Made by a program: the position numbers and the translations under genes. The notes under the pieces are model-generated. The model made no database searches, was not told the origin of the DNA, and worked only from the letters and a program-made list of their open reading frames with translations. From an uncultured Planctomycetota bacterium (GTDB lineage: Bacteria; Planctomycetota; PLA2; JAEUHO01): a DNA stretch of 64,000 nt. Positions 1 through 9,559 of the stretch are shown here, piece after piece. The DNA is taken from positions 1,312,001 through 1,376,000 of the forward strand of contig CAVVXN010000005.1 in NCBI GenBank assembly GCA_963752285.1, written 5' to 3'. Within the stretch, counting starts at the first letter, position 1. Each line of letters opens with the position of its first letter.

Positions 1-196
1 CGTTCAGGGCCGCCCCGGGGAGGTCCTCCGGTGCGGGCTCGACGATCTCGAGGGCCTCGTTCTCCTGCAGCTCGTTCTCGATCAGCTCGCGGAGGTCCAT
101 CGCGGGCAGCTGCAGGATCTCGATCGACTGGATGATCTGCGGCGCGAGTCGCAGCTGCTGGGACAGACGAAGGTTGAGACCTACTTCCAGTCGCAT
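1..196 (-). CDS. rpoN: RNA polymerase sigma-54 factor, N-terminal part (runs off window start)
   Basis: Manual translation MRLEVGLNLRLSQQLRLAPQIIQSIEILQLPAMDLRELIENELQENEALE matches the sigma-54 region I / activator-interacting motif; follows recR. Confidence 0.9.
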   Translation of the reverse strand, partial: MRLEVGLNLRLSQQLRLAPQIIQSIEILQLPAMDLRELIENELQENEALEIVEPAPEDLPGAALN

Positions 197-251
197 GAGG
201 TGCTCATTCTACCGCGTCGGACACCGAAACGGCAACGTGCCGGGCCCTCCG

Positions 252-902
252 TCACGTCCGGGCGCGCCGGACGTCGCCGGGTCGGTCGGGTCCCTTCTCG
301 ACGTCCTCGACGACCCGTCGCCCCTCGAACGCCTCGGCGAGCACGGCCGCGCTCTGGTACTCGATCTGTCCCCCCGTCGGAAGACCGCGCGCGAGACACG
401 TGACCTTCACGCCCAGGGGGAGGAGCGTCCGCTCGAGAGCGCGCGCGGTGCCGTCTCCCTCCAGGTCGGGGTTCGTGGCGATGCAGACCTCCTCCACCCC
501 GCCCGAGGACACGCGCGCCGCGAGCGCGTCGAGGTCGAGGTCCTCGGCCGACACGCCCTCCAGCGGAGACAGGCGGCCGCCCAGCACGAAGTAGAGGCCC
601 GGGAACCCGCCCGCGTCCTCCATCGCCGTCTGGTCGCGCGCGGTCTCGACCACCATCAGCAGGCGGGCGTCGCGCGCGGGGTCGTCGCAGGTCGCGCACG
701 GGTCGCGCTCCGACGGCGCGCGGCACCGCCCGCACGGTCGGATCTTCGAGCGCGCCGCGCGGATCGCGTCCGCGAGCTCGAGCGCGCGCGCCTCCGGGAC
801 GCGGATCAGGTGGTGCGCGAGGCGCTCCGCGCTCCGGCGGCCGATGCCCGGCAGCCGTTCGAGCTCCGCCACGAGACGCACGAGACTCGGCGGGGTCGTC
901 AC
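252..902 (-). CDS. recR: Recombination mediator RecR
   Basis: LPGIGRRSAERLAHHL HhH, CxxC..CxxC zinc finger, TOPRIM ATNPDLEGDGTA, LARGLPTGGQIEY; GTG start overlaps dnaX stop (GTGA). Confidence 0.95.
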   Translation of the reverse strand: MTTPPSLVRLVAELERLPGIGRRSAERLAHHLIRVPEARALELADAIRAARSKIRPCGRCRAPSERDPCATCDDPARDARLLMVVETARDQTAMEDAGGFPGLYFVLGGRLSPLEGVSAEDLDLDALAARVSSGGVEEVCIATNPDLEGDGTARALERTLLPLGVKVTCLARGLPTGGQIEYQSAAVLAEAFEGRRVVEDVEKGPDRPGDVRRART

Positions 903-2500
903 GAGTCGTCCTCGGCGTCGCCGCCGCCGGCGTCCACGTCGAGGAGCCGGCCGCCCGTCTTCTCCGTGACGCGTCGGATCGCCGGGTGCTCGTGGGGTCT
1001 CGGCGTCGGCTCCGCGGGCGCGGCCGCCGCGCGGCGGACCTCGGTCAGGACGTAGGGGAGCTCGCGCCCCCACGCCTCCCGCGCGAGGCCGCGGAAGGCG
1101 CGTACCGCCTCGCGCCGTCCGAGCGCGGAGCGGGCGAGGTGGTCGTCCGGGTCCACCTCGAGCACGACGCGCTCGTCGTCGAGCGCGGCGGGCACGGCCC
1201 GCGCGAGCGCCGCGGCGAGGCGTCCGTCGTCGCGGCCCGCGGCCTCGACGAGCCGGTCCCATCCCGCGCGCACCGCCCCGATCCCGAGCGGTACGGGGCC
1301 CGTCGGACGCGGACCGGACGGCGCGACGGGCTCGCCAGCGACCGGGGCGGACGCGACGGACGCGGGCGGCGGCGCCTGGGCGACCGGGTCCCGGTCCACA
1401 GCGCCGCGCGGCGCCTGACGGAGCGCCTCGAGCAGACCGTCGAGGTCGCGCGCGTCGGGCAGCCGCGCCAGCTCGACGGCGGCCACCTCGAGCACGAGCG
1501 GCCCGTCGGCGCCGGCGCGGAGGTGCGCCCGCTTCTCGAGCAGCACGTCGATCGCGCGCGCCGTCGCGGCGAGCGAGCCGCCCTCGCCGCGCGCCGCCCG
1601 CGCGAGCGTCGCGCGGAGGGCCTCCATCCACTGGTCGAGCAGCACGCCGGGCTTCGCGCCCGACGCGAGGCACCCGTCCACCGCGTCGAGCGCGCCCGCG
1701 GCGTCGCCACGTCCCACCGCCCCTTGGAGGGCCTCGAGGAGGCGGCCGGGCGCGCGGCCCGCCAGCGCGTCGAGGTCCGCGCGCGCGAGGCGCCCCGACG
1801 GCGAGGCCGAGATGAGCTGCTCGAGCAGCGACTCCGCGTCCCGCAGCCCACCGAGCGCCGCGGCGGCCACGTCGTCGAGGAGGCCCTCCTCGGCCTCCAC
1901 CCCCTCGCGGGCGGCCAGGTCGGCGAGGCGGGCGGCCATCGCCGGCGCGTCGATGGGGCGGAACTCGACCCGTTGGCAGCGGCTCCGGAACGTGTCGGGG
2001 AGCTTGTGCTCCTCGGTCGTGCAGAACAGGAAGACCACGCCCTCCGGCGGTTCCTCGAGCGTCTTCAGGAACGCGTTGAACGCCGGGAGCGAGAGCATGT
2101 GGACCTCGTCCACGATCCAGATGCGGTGGCGCGACCGGACCGTCGCGTAGCCGACCTGCTCGCGCAGCCGCCGCACGTCCTCGACGTGGTTGTTCGACGC
2201 CGCGTCCATCTCGACCACGTCCAGGTCGTTGCCGCTGGCGATGTCGCGGCAGGAGGGGCACCGGCCGCACGGCTCCGGCGTCCCGTTCGCCGTCTCGGCC
2301 TCCGCGCAGTTCAGCGCCTTCGCGAAGATCCGCGCGCTCGTGGTCTTGCCGACGCCCCGCGGGCCCACGAAGAGGTACGCGTGGCCGACGCGGCCGGACG
2401 TGATCGCGTTCTCGAGGATGCGGGCGACGTGCTCCTGCCCGACGAGCTGCGAGAACGCCTGCGGCCGGTACTTGCGCGAGAGGACCTGATGGTGGGACAC
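899..2500 (-). CDS. dnaX: DNA polymerase III subunit gamma/tau
   Basis: SRKYRPQAFSQLVGQEHV, Walker A GPRGVGKTT, DEVHML, KTLEEPP, SRCQR; GTG start at 2500. Confidence 0.95.
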   Translation of the reverse strand: MSHHQVLSRKYRPQAFSQLVGQEHVARILENAITSGRVGHAYLFVGPRGVGKTTSARIFAKALNCAEAETANGTPEPCGRCPSCRDIASGNDLDVVEMDAASNNHVEDVRRLREQVGYATVRSRHRIWIVDEVHMLSLPAFNAFLKTLEEPPEGVVFLFCTTEEHKLPDTFRSRCQRVEFRPIDAPAMAARLADLAAREGVEAEEGLLDDVAAAALGGLRDAESLLEQLISASPSGRLARADLDALAGRAPGRLLEALQGAVGRGDAAGALDAVDGCLASGAKPGVLLDQWMEALRATLARAARGEGGSLAATARAIDVLLEKRAHLRAGADGPLVLEVAAVELARLPDARDLDGLLEALRQAPRGAVDRDPVAQAPPPASVASAPVAGEPVAPSGPRPTGPVPLGIGAVRAGWDRLVEAAGRDDGRLAAALARAVPAALDDERVVLEVDPDDHLARSALGRREAVRAFRGLAREAWGRELPYVLTEVRRAAAAPAEPTPRPHEHPAIRRVTEKTGGRLLDVDAGGGDAEDDS

Positions 2501-2505
2501 GGTCG

Positions 2506-2564
2506 GGATCCTACCCGGCCACTCCCCCCCCAGCGGGCGGCCGCCCTCGACGCGGGTAGGATCC
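2506..2564. promoter_or_regulatory. Back-to-back TAGGAT -10 boxes forming a 12-bp inverted repeat (divergent promoters for dnaX and the 2591 gene)
   Basis: GGATCCTACCCG at 2506-2517 is the reverse complement of CGGGTAGGATCC at 2553-2564; each contains TAGGAT facing its gene. Confidence 0.5.
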
Positions 2565-2590
2565 GGCCGGTCCCCGCGGAGTCCCGGATC

Positions 2591-3094
2591 ATGGCCGTCT
2601 GGAAGGTCGCTCGGCTCGGTCGCGCGTCGTCCCTCACGGGCGAACCGTTCGGGCCCGACACCGACGTGGTGACCGCCCTGTTCGGGACCGAGGAGGAGGT
2701 CGGGGAGGACCGCGTCCGCGGCACGGGCTTCGTGCGCCGCGACTACCTCGCTGCGGAGGCGACGCCGGAGGTGCTCGACGGCGCGTACTGCGTGTGGCGC
2801 ACGCGGACGCCGCCGGCGTCGCCGGACGCCGAACGCCGCCTCGACCTCGACATGGCCCGCGAGTTCCTGGAGCGTCTCCTCGCCGACGCCGAGGAGGAAC
2901 GCGCGCCGGTGGCCTTCGCCCTCGCGCTCATCCTCGTTCGGAAGCGCCGCCTCCGGCTGGTGTCCGAGGGCGAGGGCGCCCTGGAGGTCGCCTGGCCGCG
3001 CACGGACGCGACCTTCCACGTGCCCGCACCGGTCCTGACGGAGGCGGACACCGAGGCGCTGGAGCAGGAGCTCCGGCGGCTGTTCGCCCTCTGA
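2591..3094 (+). CDS. Conserved hypothetical protein (PVC-type)
   Basis: GGAG SD then ATG; protein-like composition with FVRRDY, CVWRT and FALALILVRKRRL segments. Confidence 0.75.
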   Translation: MAVWKVARLGRASSLTGEPFGPDTDVVTALFGTEEEVGEDRVRGTGFVRRDYLAAEATPEVLDGAYCVWRTRTPPASPDAERRLDLDMAREFLERLLADAEEERAPVAFALALILVRKRRLRLVSEGEGALEVAWPRTDATFHVPAPVLTEADTEALEQELRRLFAL

Positions 3095-3107
3095 GCGGCG
3101 GTCCGGC

Positions 3108-3989
3108 TCAGAACTCGATCTTCGTCTTCCCCTCCAGCGCCTCCTCGGCCTTCCGGCGGACGAAGGGGTCGGGGTCCTGCCGCGCGGCCTCGAGCGGCGC
3201 CCGGGCCGCCTCGTTCTTGTGGATCGCGAAGCCGAGGCCCTTCGCCGCGGCGCCGCGGTCCTGCCACGTGGCGCCTTCCCTCACCATGCGGCCGAGCGCG
3301 GCCACCGCGTCGTCGGTCGCGATCGCGCCGAGCGCGTACGCCGCGTACGTGCGCGCGCCGGGGACCGCGGACGAGAGGACGGCTCTCGAGGCGAGCGTGG
3401 GCACCGCGGGCGCGCCGATCGCCGCGAGGACCTGGGCGGCCTGCTGCCGGGCGATGTCGTCGATCTCGAAGTAGGTGAAGGTCTTGTGGAGCGGCTTGTT
3501 CGGGTTGTCGGGGTTGAAGACGTCTACGGTCAACGGCTCCTTCAACGGCCACCGCGCGGTGACGAGCGGCTCCGCGAAGTACGCGACCGCCGGCTCCCCC
3601 ACGTGAGCCGCCTCGTACGCGACGCGCGTCACCTCCGCGCGCTTGCCGAGCCGCGAGGCGCTCCAGAAGTAGCGGAACAGGTTCTCCGAGAGCACGTACG
3701 GCGCCGCGCCGCCGTACGACAGCCACGCGTCGCGCTCGCTCGGCCACCGGGGGTCCTTCGTGAGGAAGAGGCTCCACGCCCGCCGGAACCGCGCCTCCTC
3801 CTCGGGCGTCATCTTCGACGCGCGGACCATGCGGTCGTCCGCGACGCTCGTGACGGAGGACGGCGCCCCGGCCGCCGCCGTCCCCGGCGGCGGCGCCGCG
3901 CGGGGTCCGGATGAGCACGCGAAGAGGGACGCGGTCCCCGCGAGGAGGAGGGCGACCCGGACGCGGAGGCGAAGCGCAGGACGTTGCAT
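3108..3989 (-). CDS. HEAT-repeat lipoprotein (alternative GTG start at 4016)
   Basis: Lipobox LFA-C; HEAT-like units ARQQAAQVLAAIG, ARTYAAYALGAI, DRGAAAKGLG, VRRKAEEAL. Confidence 0.8.
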   Translation of the reverse strand: MQRPALRLRVRVALLLAGTASLFACSSGPRAAPPPGTAAAGAPSSVTSVADDRMVRASKMTPEEEARFRRAWSLFLTKDPRWPSERDAWLSYGGAAPYVLSENLFRYFWSASRLGKRAEVTRVAYEAAHVGEPAVAYFAEPLVTARWPLKEPLTVDVFNPDNPNKPLHKTFTYFEIDDIARQQAAQVLAAIGAPAVPTLASRAVLSSAVPGARTYAAYALGAIATDDAVAALGRMVREGATWQDRGAAAKGLGFAIHKNEAARAPLEAARQDPDPFVRRKAEEALEGKTKIEF

Positions 3990-4023
3990 GGCCCGACGAT
4001 CGCGTCCGGCCGTCACGACTCCG

Positions 4024-7000
4024 TCAGGGCACGCGCGCGAGGTACTCGGCCCCGGCCACCTCGGGCAGGTCGGCGAGGCGCGCCAGGAGCCCGTCGTCGG
4101 GGGCCACGGCCCAGGACGGGCCTGCCTTGACCCGGGCCACGGTCCCGGGCTCCGGAGGGAACTCGAGCACCAGCGGCAGCGCGCCGGGCGCCCCGCGCAC
4201 CGTCTGGTGGAGGCGGTCGAGGACCGCCTCGTCCGCCTGCCGGAGCCGCACGAGCACGCCCTCCGCGAAGCGACGCGGCGCCTCCTCGACCGGGACGATC
4301 GCGTCCACCTGGATCGAGGGCGTCTCGCGGTTCTGGTCCACCTTGCCCTCGACGACCACGACCCGGTCGTCCTCGACGAGGTCCTGGAGCTCCGTGTACG
4401 CCCGCGAGAAGACGACGCACTCGACGGTGCCGCCGAGGGTCTCGAGCTGGAAGAACGCCATGCGACGCCCTTCGTTGCGCCCGCTCTTGACCACGGAGGT
4501 GCGCGTGCCGCGGAGCATGCCGCCGAGCCGGACGAGGGTCCGGTCCGGCAGGTCGCCGAGACCGAGGACCGTGGCCGTGGACAGTCGGCGCAGCCGCTCC
4601 GCGTTCGCCGCCAGCGGGTGATCGGTCGCGTAGAAGCCGATCACCTCCCGCTCCCACGCCATGCGTTGCGCGTCGGGCCAGGGCGGGACGTCGGGGTAGT
4701 CCGGGTCCTTGGCCAGGTCGAGCGCGGAGCCGCCGAAGAGCCCGAGCTGCCCCGCCGCGCGGTCCTCCGACCGCTCGTGCCCCAGGCGCTGCGCGCGGTC
4801 CAGCACGGCGAACACCTGCGCGCGCGTCGACCCGCCCGCGTCGAACGCGCCGGCCTTGACGAGGGCCTCGAGCGCCGCCCGGTTCACCGCGCGCGGATCG
4901 ACCCGTTCGCAGAGGTCGAAGACGTGACGGTACGGGCCGTCCCCCCGCCCCGCGACGATGGCCTCCGCGGCAGCGTGTCCCACGCCCTTCACGGCGGAGA
5001 GACCGTAGCGGATCGCGTCGCCCTCGACCGTGAAGTCGCACTCGGAGCGCGACACGTCCGGCGGAAGGATCTCCATCCCCATCCGCCGCGCTTCGTCCAC
5101 GTACTCCGTCACCTTGTCCATGTCCACCATCTCGCAGGTGAGGAGGGCGGCCATGAACTCGCGCGGGAAGTGACGCTTCAACCACGCCGTCTGGTACGTG
5201 ACGACCGCGTAGGCCACGGTGTGGCTCTTGTTGAACCCGTAGCCGGCGAAGTGCTCGAGCTGGGCCCAGATCTCCTCGGCACGCCCGCGCTCGAGCCCGC
5301 GCGTGACGCACCCGTCCACGAACTTCTCGCGGAACTTCGCGAGGAGCTCGGGCTTCTTCTTGCCCATCGCCTTGCGCAGGTTGTCGGCCTCGGAGAGCTC
5401 GAAGCCGGCGAGCACGTTCGCGACGCGCATCACCTGCTCCTGGTACACGACGACACCGCGCGTCTCGGAGAGGATCGGCTCCAGGTCGGGATGGGGGTAC
5501 GTGACGGCCTCGCGACCGTCCTTCCTGTCGATGTACATCTCCATCATCCCGGAGCCCATCGGCCCCGGCCGGTACAGCGCCACGATCGCCGTCAGGTCGT
5601 CGAAGCGCTCGGGTCGGATGCGGCGGAGGAGGTCGCGCATGCCGGACGACTCGAGCTGGAAGACGCCGAGCGCCTCGCCCGCCGAGAGCATCGCGAACGT
5701 CTCGGGGTCGTCGGCCGGGAGTCGGTCGAGGTCGGGCGGCTCGCGACCACCGCGGCGGATGTTCTCGAGCGCCTTCGCGATGATCGTGAGCGTGCGGAGC
5801 CCCAGGAAGTCCATCTTGAGCAGGCCGATCTGCTCGAGGACGTCCATGGAGAACTGCGTCGTCAGGTCCTTGCCCACCCGATAGAGCGGGACGTACTCCT
5901 CGAGGGGGGCGTCCGCGATCACCACGCCGGCGGCGTGCTTGCTCGCGTTCCGGTTGAGCCCCTCGAGGCGGAGCGCGATCTCGATCAGCTTCGCGTACGC
6001 GTCGTTCGACTCGACCTCCCGGCGCAGGTCCGGGTCCGACTCGAGTGCGTGCGCGAGGCTCGCCTTCGGACCGTTCGGCACCCGCTTGGCGAGCGCGTCC
6101 ACGTCGCGAAGCGGAACGTCGAGCACGCGTCCGACGTCCCGGATCACGGCCCGCGCGGCCATGCGTCCGAACGTGATGATCTGGCTCACGCGGTCCGGCC
6201 CGCCGTACTTCTCCTGCACGTACCGGATGACCTGCTCCCGCCCGTCCTTGCAGAAGTCGATGTCGATGTCGGGCATCGAGATGCGCTCGGGGTTGAGGAA
6301 CCGCTCGAACAGCAGGTCGTAGCGGAGCGGGTCGATCGACGTGATGCCCAGCGCGTAGGCCACGATGGAGCCGGCCGCGCTCCCGCGCCCCGGGCCCACC
6401 GGGATCCCCTCCCGCCGCGCGTACGACACGAAGTCCCACGTGATCAAGAAGTAGGGCACGAAGCCCATCTGCTCGATCACGCCCTGCTCCATCCGGAGCC
6501 GCTCCGCGACCCGGTCCGGCAGGGGGTCCCCGTAGCGCCGCACGGCGCCTTCCTGGCAGAGGCGGCGGAAGAAGAGGACGTTGTCCTCCCCGTTCGGCGC
6601 CTGGTACGCGGGCAGGTGGAGCGTGTCGAGGTCGAGCGCGAGGTCGCAGCGCGAGGCGATCTCCTCCGTGTTCCTCGCCGCGACCTCGAGGTCGTCGAAG
6701 ATCGAGTACATCGGCTCCGACGCGCGGAAGCAGAGAAGGCTCTCCTGCTTCAGGCGCTTGGCGTCCTTCAGGGTCTTCCCCATGCCGATGCACATGTGGA
6801 CCTCGTGCGCCGGCGCGTCGTCCTCCTGCACGTAGTGAACGTCGTTCGTGGCGACGACGGGGATCCCCAGCTCGCGTCCGAGCGCGAGGAGGACCTGGTT
6901 CACCTTCTCCTGGCCTTCGCAGCCGTTGCGCTGGAGCTCCAGGTAGTAGCGGTCGCCGAAGACGTCGCGCATCTCCCCCGCCGCCTTCCGGGCGCGCGCG

Positions 7001-7461
7001 ACGTCGTCGTGCCGCGCCCAGTACGAGGGCTCGCCGGAGAGACACGCCGACTGCGCGATCAACCCCTCGCCGAGCTCGGAGAGGAGCTCCTTGTCGATGC
7101 GCGGCACATAGTAGAAGCCCTCGGTGAACGACCGGGTGCTCAGCTTGATGAGGTTGCGGTAGCCCGTCTGGTTCTGCGCGAGCAGGATCACGTGGAACGC
7201 CGCGACGGGGTTCCTCTCGCGGTCGAACCGGGAGTGGGGCGCGAGGTACGCCTCGATCCCGACGAGCGGCTTCACACCCTGCTGGCGGCACTCCCGGTAG
7301 AACTCGATCGCGCCGCAGAGGTTGCCGTGGTCGGTGAGCGCGAGCGCGGGCTGCGAGAAGCGCGCGGCGGCACCGACGAGGTCCGGGATCTTCGCGGCGC
7401 CGTCGAGCAGGCTGTAGTCGCTGTGGACGTGGGTGTGGACGAAGTCGCGCGGCCGAACCAT
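4024..7461 (-). CDS. dnaE: DNA polymerase III alpha subunit
   Basis: FVHTHVHSDYSLLDG PHP start, GPGRGSAAGS, PDIDIDF catalytic motif, GYGFNKSH, C-terminal OB fold; SD GGAGAGG. Confidence 0.97.
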   Translation of the reverse strand: MVRPRDFVHTHVHSDYSLLDGAAKIPDLVGAAARFSQPALALTDHGNLCGAIEFYRECRQQGVKPLVGIEAYLAPHSRFDRERNPVAAFHVILLAQNQTGYRNLIKLSTRSFTEGFYYVPRIDKELLSELGEGLIAQSACLSGEPSYWARHDDVARARKAAGEMRDVFGDRYYLELQRNGCEGQEKVNQVLLALGRELGIPVVATNDVHYVQEDDAPAHEVHMCIGMGKTLKDAKRLKQESLLCFRASEPMYSIFDDLEVAARNTEEIASRCDLALDLDTLHLPAYQAPNGEDNVLFFRRLCQEGAVRRYGDPLPDRVAERLRMEQGVIEQMGFVPYFLITWDFVSYARREGIPVGPGRGSAAGSIVAYALGITSIDPLRYDLLFERFLNPERISMPDIDIDFCKDGREQVIRYVQEKYGGPDRVSQIITFGRMAARAVIRDVGRVLDVPLRDVDALAKRVPNGPKASLAHALESDPDLRREVESNDAYAKLIEIALRLEGLNRNASKHAAGVVIADAPLEEYVPLYRVGKDLTTQFSMDVLEQIGLLKMDFLGLRTLTIIAKALENIRRGGREPPDLDRLPADDPETFAMLSAGEALGVFQLESSGMRDLLRRIRPERFDDLTAIVALYRPGPMGSGMMEMYIDRKDGREAVTYPHPDLEPILSETRGVVVYQEQVMRVANVLAGFELSEADNLRKAMGKKKPELLAKFREKFVDGCVTRGLERGRAEEIWAQLEHFAGYGFNKSHTVAYAVVTYQTAWLKRHFPREFMAALLTCEMVDMDKVTEYVDEARRMGMEILPPDVSRSECDFTVEGDAIRYGLSAVKGVGHAAAEAIVAGRGDGPYRHVFDLCERVDPRAVNRAALEALVKAGAFDAGGSTRAQVFAVLDRAQRLGHERSEDRAAGQLGLFGGSALDLAKDPDYPDVPPWPDAQRMAWEREVIGFYATDHPLAANAERLRRLSTATVLGLGDLPDRTLVRLGGMLRGTRTSVVKSGRNEGRRMAFFQLETLGGTVECVVFSRAYTELQDLVEDDRVVVVEGKVDQNRETPSIQVDAIVPVEEAPRRFAEGVLVRLRQADEAVLDRLHQTVRGAPGALPLVLEFPPEPGTVARVKAGPSWAVAPDDGLLARLADLPEVAGAEYLARVP

Positions 7462-7602
7462 GCCCTCTCCGAGCGCGCGCGGCCGGGCCGGCCGGCCCTC
7501 GGGGGCGACCCGGCCGGCGTCCCGCCGTCGTCCGGGGCGCACCGGCCCCGAGTCGGCTGCGGGTCCGCGCGAGCGGGCGGATCGTAGGCGCGGGGTGGGA
7601 CA

Positions 7603-7644
7603 GGCCCGCCGGCACGGGCCCGCCGGGACGGGCCCGCCGGGACG
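7603..7644. repeat. Three tandem 14-bp repeats GGCCCGCCGG(C/G)ACG
   Basis: Units at 7603-7616, 7617-7630 and 7631-7644, intergenic upstream of dnaE. Confidence 0.8.
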
Positions 7645-7653
7645 GGTCCCGTC

Positions 7654-8472
7654 CTACCGGTTCATCTGGATCTGGCGCTCGAGGCGAACGTCCCCCACCA
7701 CCAGCCACCCCTCGCGACCCGCGGTGATCAGGTCGTCGTCGGGCCGGAACTCGTCGCCGGGGCGCAGGAACGTCATGTCGTACACGCGGCGCTCGCGCAC
7801 CTCCCAGTACTCGACCTTCGGAGCGGGGATCCCGCCGTCGCCCGCGGCCTTCTTCATCGCGGCCCGCATCTCTCGGTTGCGCTCGACGTACCCCACGTCC
7901 TGGATCACCACGCCGGTGTCGATCGCCTCGGTCTCCCCGCTCTCGGGGTTCGTGATCGTGTACGTGGCGCCCGAAGGCGTCTCGACCTTCACGTCGTACC
8001 GCTCGACCTTGTAGATCGCCACGGGGTCGGCGAGCCCGAGCACCTGCACGTGCACCTCGTCGTACAGCGGGTCCAAGGGACCGAAGATCGCCACCGCGTC
8101 GTACGTCTGGCCGGGGTCGATCTTCCCGGTCGTGGACGCGACGGAGACGAGCTGGTCGTCGTTCTCCTGCTCGCGGATCGCGTCCAGGGCCTCGTCGTGG
8201 CTCGTGGCGACGACCACCTTCTTCGTATCGGTGATCGCCTTCACGAGGGGAACCCAGTGCCGCGCGAAGGCGGTCGGGTTCGTGACCTTGAGCCGGATGT
8301 AGTGATACGTCGTCCGCGCGCCGGTCGGGCTCTCGACCGTCACGATCCGGAGCGGACCGTGGTCGAGCGTGAGCGTCCAGCGGAGCGACTTCTTCTGTCC
8401 GACGTCGTCCGCCCGGGCGACGCCCAGCGAGAGGAGGGTCAGCACGCCGACGAGGGTCCAGACCGGCTTCAT
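7654..8472 (-). CDS. Secreted hypothetical protein, probably planctomycete-conserved
   Basis: Signal peptide MKPVWTLVGVLTLLSLGVARA; SD GGAGG; beta-rich body ending FLRPGDEF. Confidence 0.75.
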   Translation of the reverse strand: MKPVWTLVGVLTLLSLGVARADDVGQKKSLRWTLTLDHGPLRIVTVESPTGARTTYHYIRLKVTNPTAFARHWVPLVKAITDTKKVVVATSHDEALDAIREQENDDQLVSVASTTGKIDPGQTYDAVAIFGPLDPLYDEVHVQVLGLADPVAIYKVERYDVKVETPSGATYTITNPESGETEAIDTGVVIQDVGYVERNREMRAAMKKAAGDGGIPAPKVEYWEVRERRVYDMTFLRPGDEFRPDDDLITAGREGWLVVGDVRLERQIQMNR

Positions 8473-8573
8473 GTAGGGAATCCTCCGGGAGGGGGACGCC
8501 GTCCCGCAGGGCGGAACATACCGTCCCCGCCGTCCGGGAGGCAAGAACTAGCCACCGACGGGGGCGGCCCCCG

Positions 8574-9269
8574 TCACTCGGACGACATGCACTTCAGGTC
8601 TTCGGACCGGGCGTCGTCGCCCAGGAAGGGCTCGACGTCCCCGTCCACCTCCTCCGGGCCCGCCTGCATCCCGAGGTCGGACCAGTCCTTGAACTGGGCG
8701 CTCCCGTCGGTGAACGCCATGATCAGGCCCTTGGGGTGGTGGAGGTTCCCGTCGTCGTCGTCGCAGACGAGCGGGACGACCATGCTCTCCTTGTCGGGGG
8801 TGATCCGACACTCGTCCCGGGTGTTCAGGCGGCCGGCGTAGGAGGTGAGGTCCTTGAAGTCCCCGGTGCCGCTCTTGAGCGACTGGAGCGTGATGTCCTT
8901 GTAGCGCTTGGCCCCGTCGATCTGGACCTTCTCCTGCCAGGTGTACTTCGTGTCGCCCGGCGAGAAGAAGACCTTGAGGTTGTCCGGACGCCGGGCGTCC
9001 ACCTCGCCGGTCGCGACCAGGGAGAGCAGGAAGTTCTTCCCGTCGAACGGCGGCCAGGCCCGCTTCTGCTGGGACTGCCCGGAGAGGAGGAGGGCGAGGC
9101 CCCGGACGTTGCTGAGGCTCTCGGTCCGGCGCCCCTGCTCGCGGACGTACGGCACGCCGACCATCACCATCCCGGCCAGGACGACGATGATCGACATCAC
9201 GACGAGGATCTCGATGAAGGTGAAACCGGACGGGCGGGCCTTCGTGCGCGCGGGCTCTGCACGTTCCAT
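8574..9269 (-). CDS. Prepilin-type N-terminal cleavage/methylation protein with H-X9-DG motif
   Basis: GFTFIEILVVMSII prepilin site; HPKGLIMAFTDG (H-X9-DG) near C-terminus; SD GAGGAG. Confidence 0.88.
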   Translation of the reverse strand: MERAEPARTKARPSGFTFIEILVVMSIIVVLAGMVMVGVPYVREQGRRTESLSNVRGLALLLSGQSQQKRAWPPFDGKNFLLSLVATGEVDARRPDNLKVFFSPGDTKYTWQEKVQIDGAKRYKDITLQSLKSGTGDFKDLTSYAGRLNTRDECRITPDKESMVVPLVCDDDDGNLHHPKGLIMAFTDGSAQFKDWSDLGMQAGPEEVDGDVEPFLGDDARSEDLKCMSSE

Positions 9270-9372
9270 TCAGCGCTCCTCGGCGGGGATTTCTCGACGG
9301 TGGTGTGCGGGTCGGGCCGCGCGGAGCTCGTGTTCACGAGCGGTGCGAGGACCTGTCGAAACGGCATGATAA

Positions 9373-9387
9373 ACAACCCGCGTGCCG
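9373..9387 (-). promoter_or_regulatory. Candidate sigma-54 (-24/-12) promoter for the prepilin gene
   Basis: Minus strand CGGCAC-GCGGG-TTGT versus consensus TGGCAC-N5-TTGC, about 100 nt upstream of the ATG; -12 is GT rather than GC. Confidence 0.3.
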
Positions 9388-9559
9388 ATCTCCCGTCCAA
9401 TCGGCCCGGTCGCCCCCAGACCCCGAACGTCTCGGCTCGGCGGCCCGTGGGGACGCCGGGGCGCGTCCGCGTCGCGCGATGCGCGGCCTCCGCTTTTCGG
9501 TCACACGGTTTCCACCGGCGCCGGCCGGGAGACGCCCGCGTGAGGTCCGGGGCTCTCGT

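Noticed and set aside
899..2500. Programmed frameshift in dnaX
   Set aside because: No A-AAA-AAG or poly-A slippery run seen
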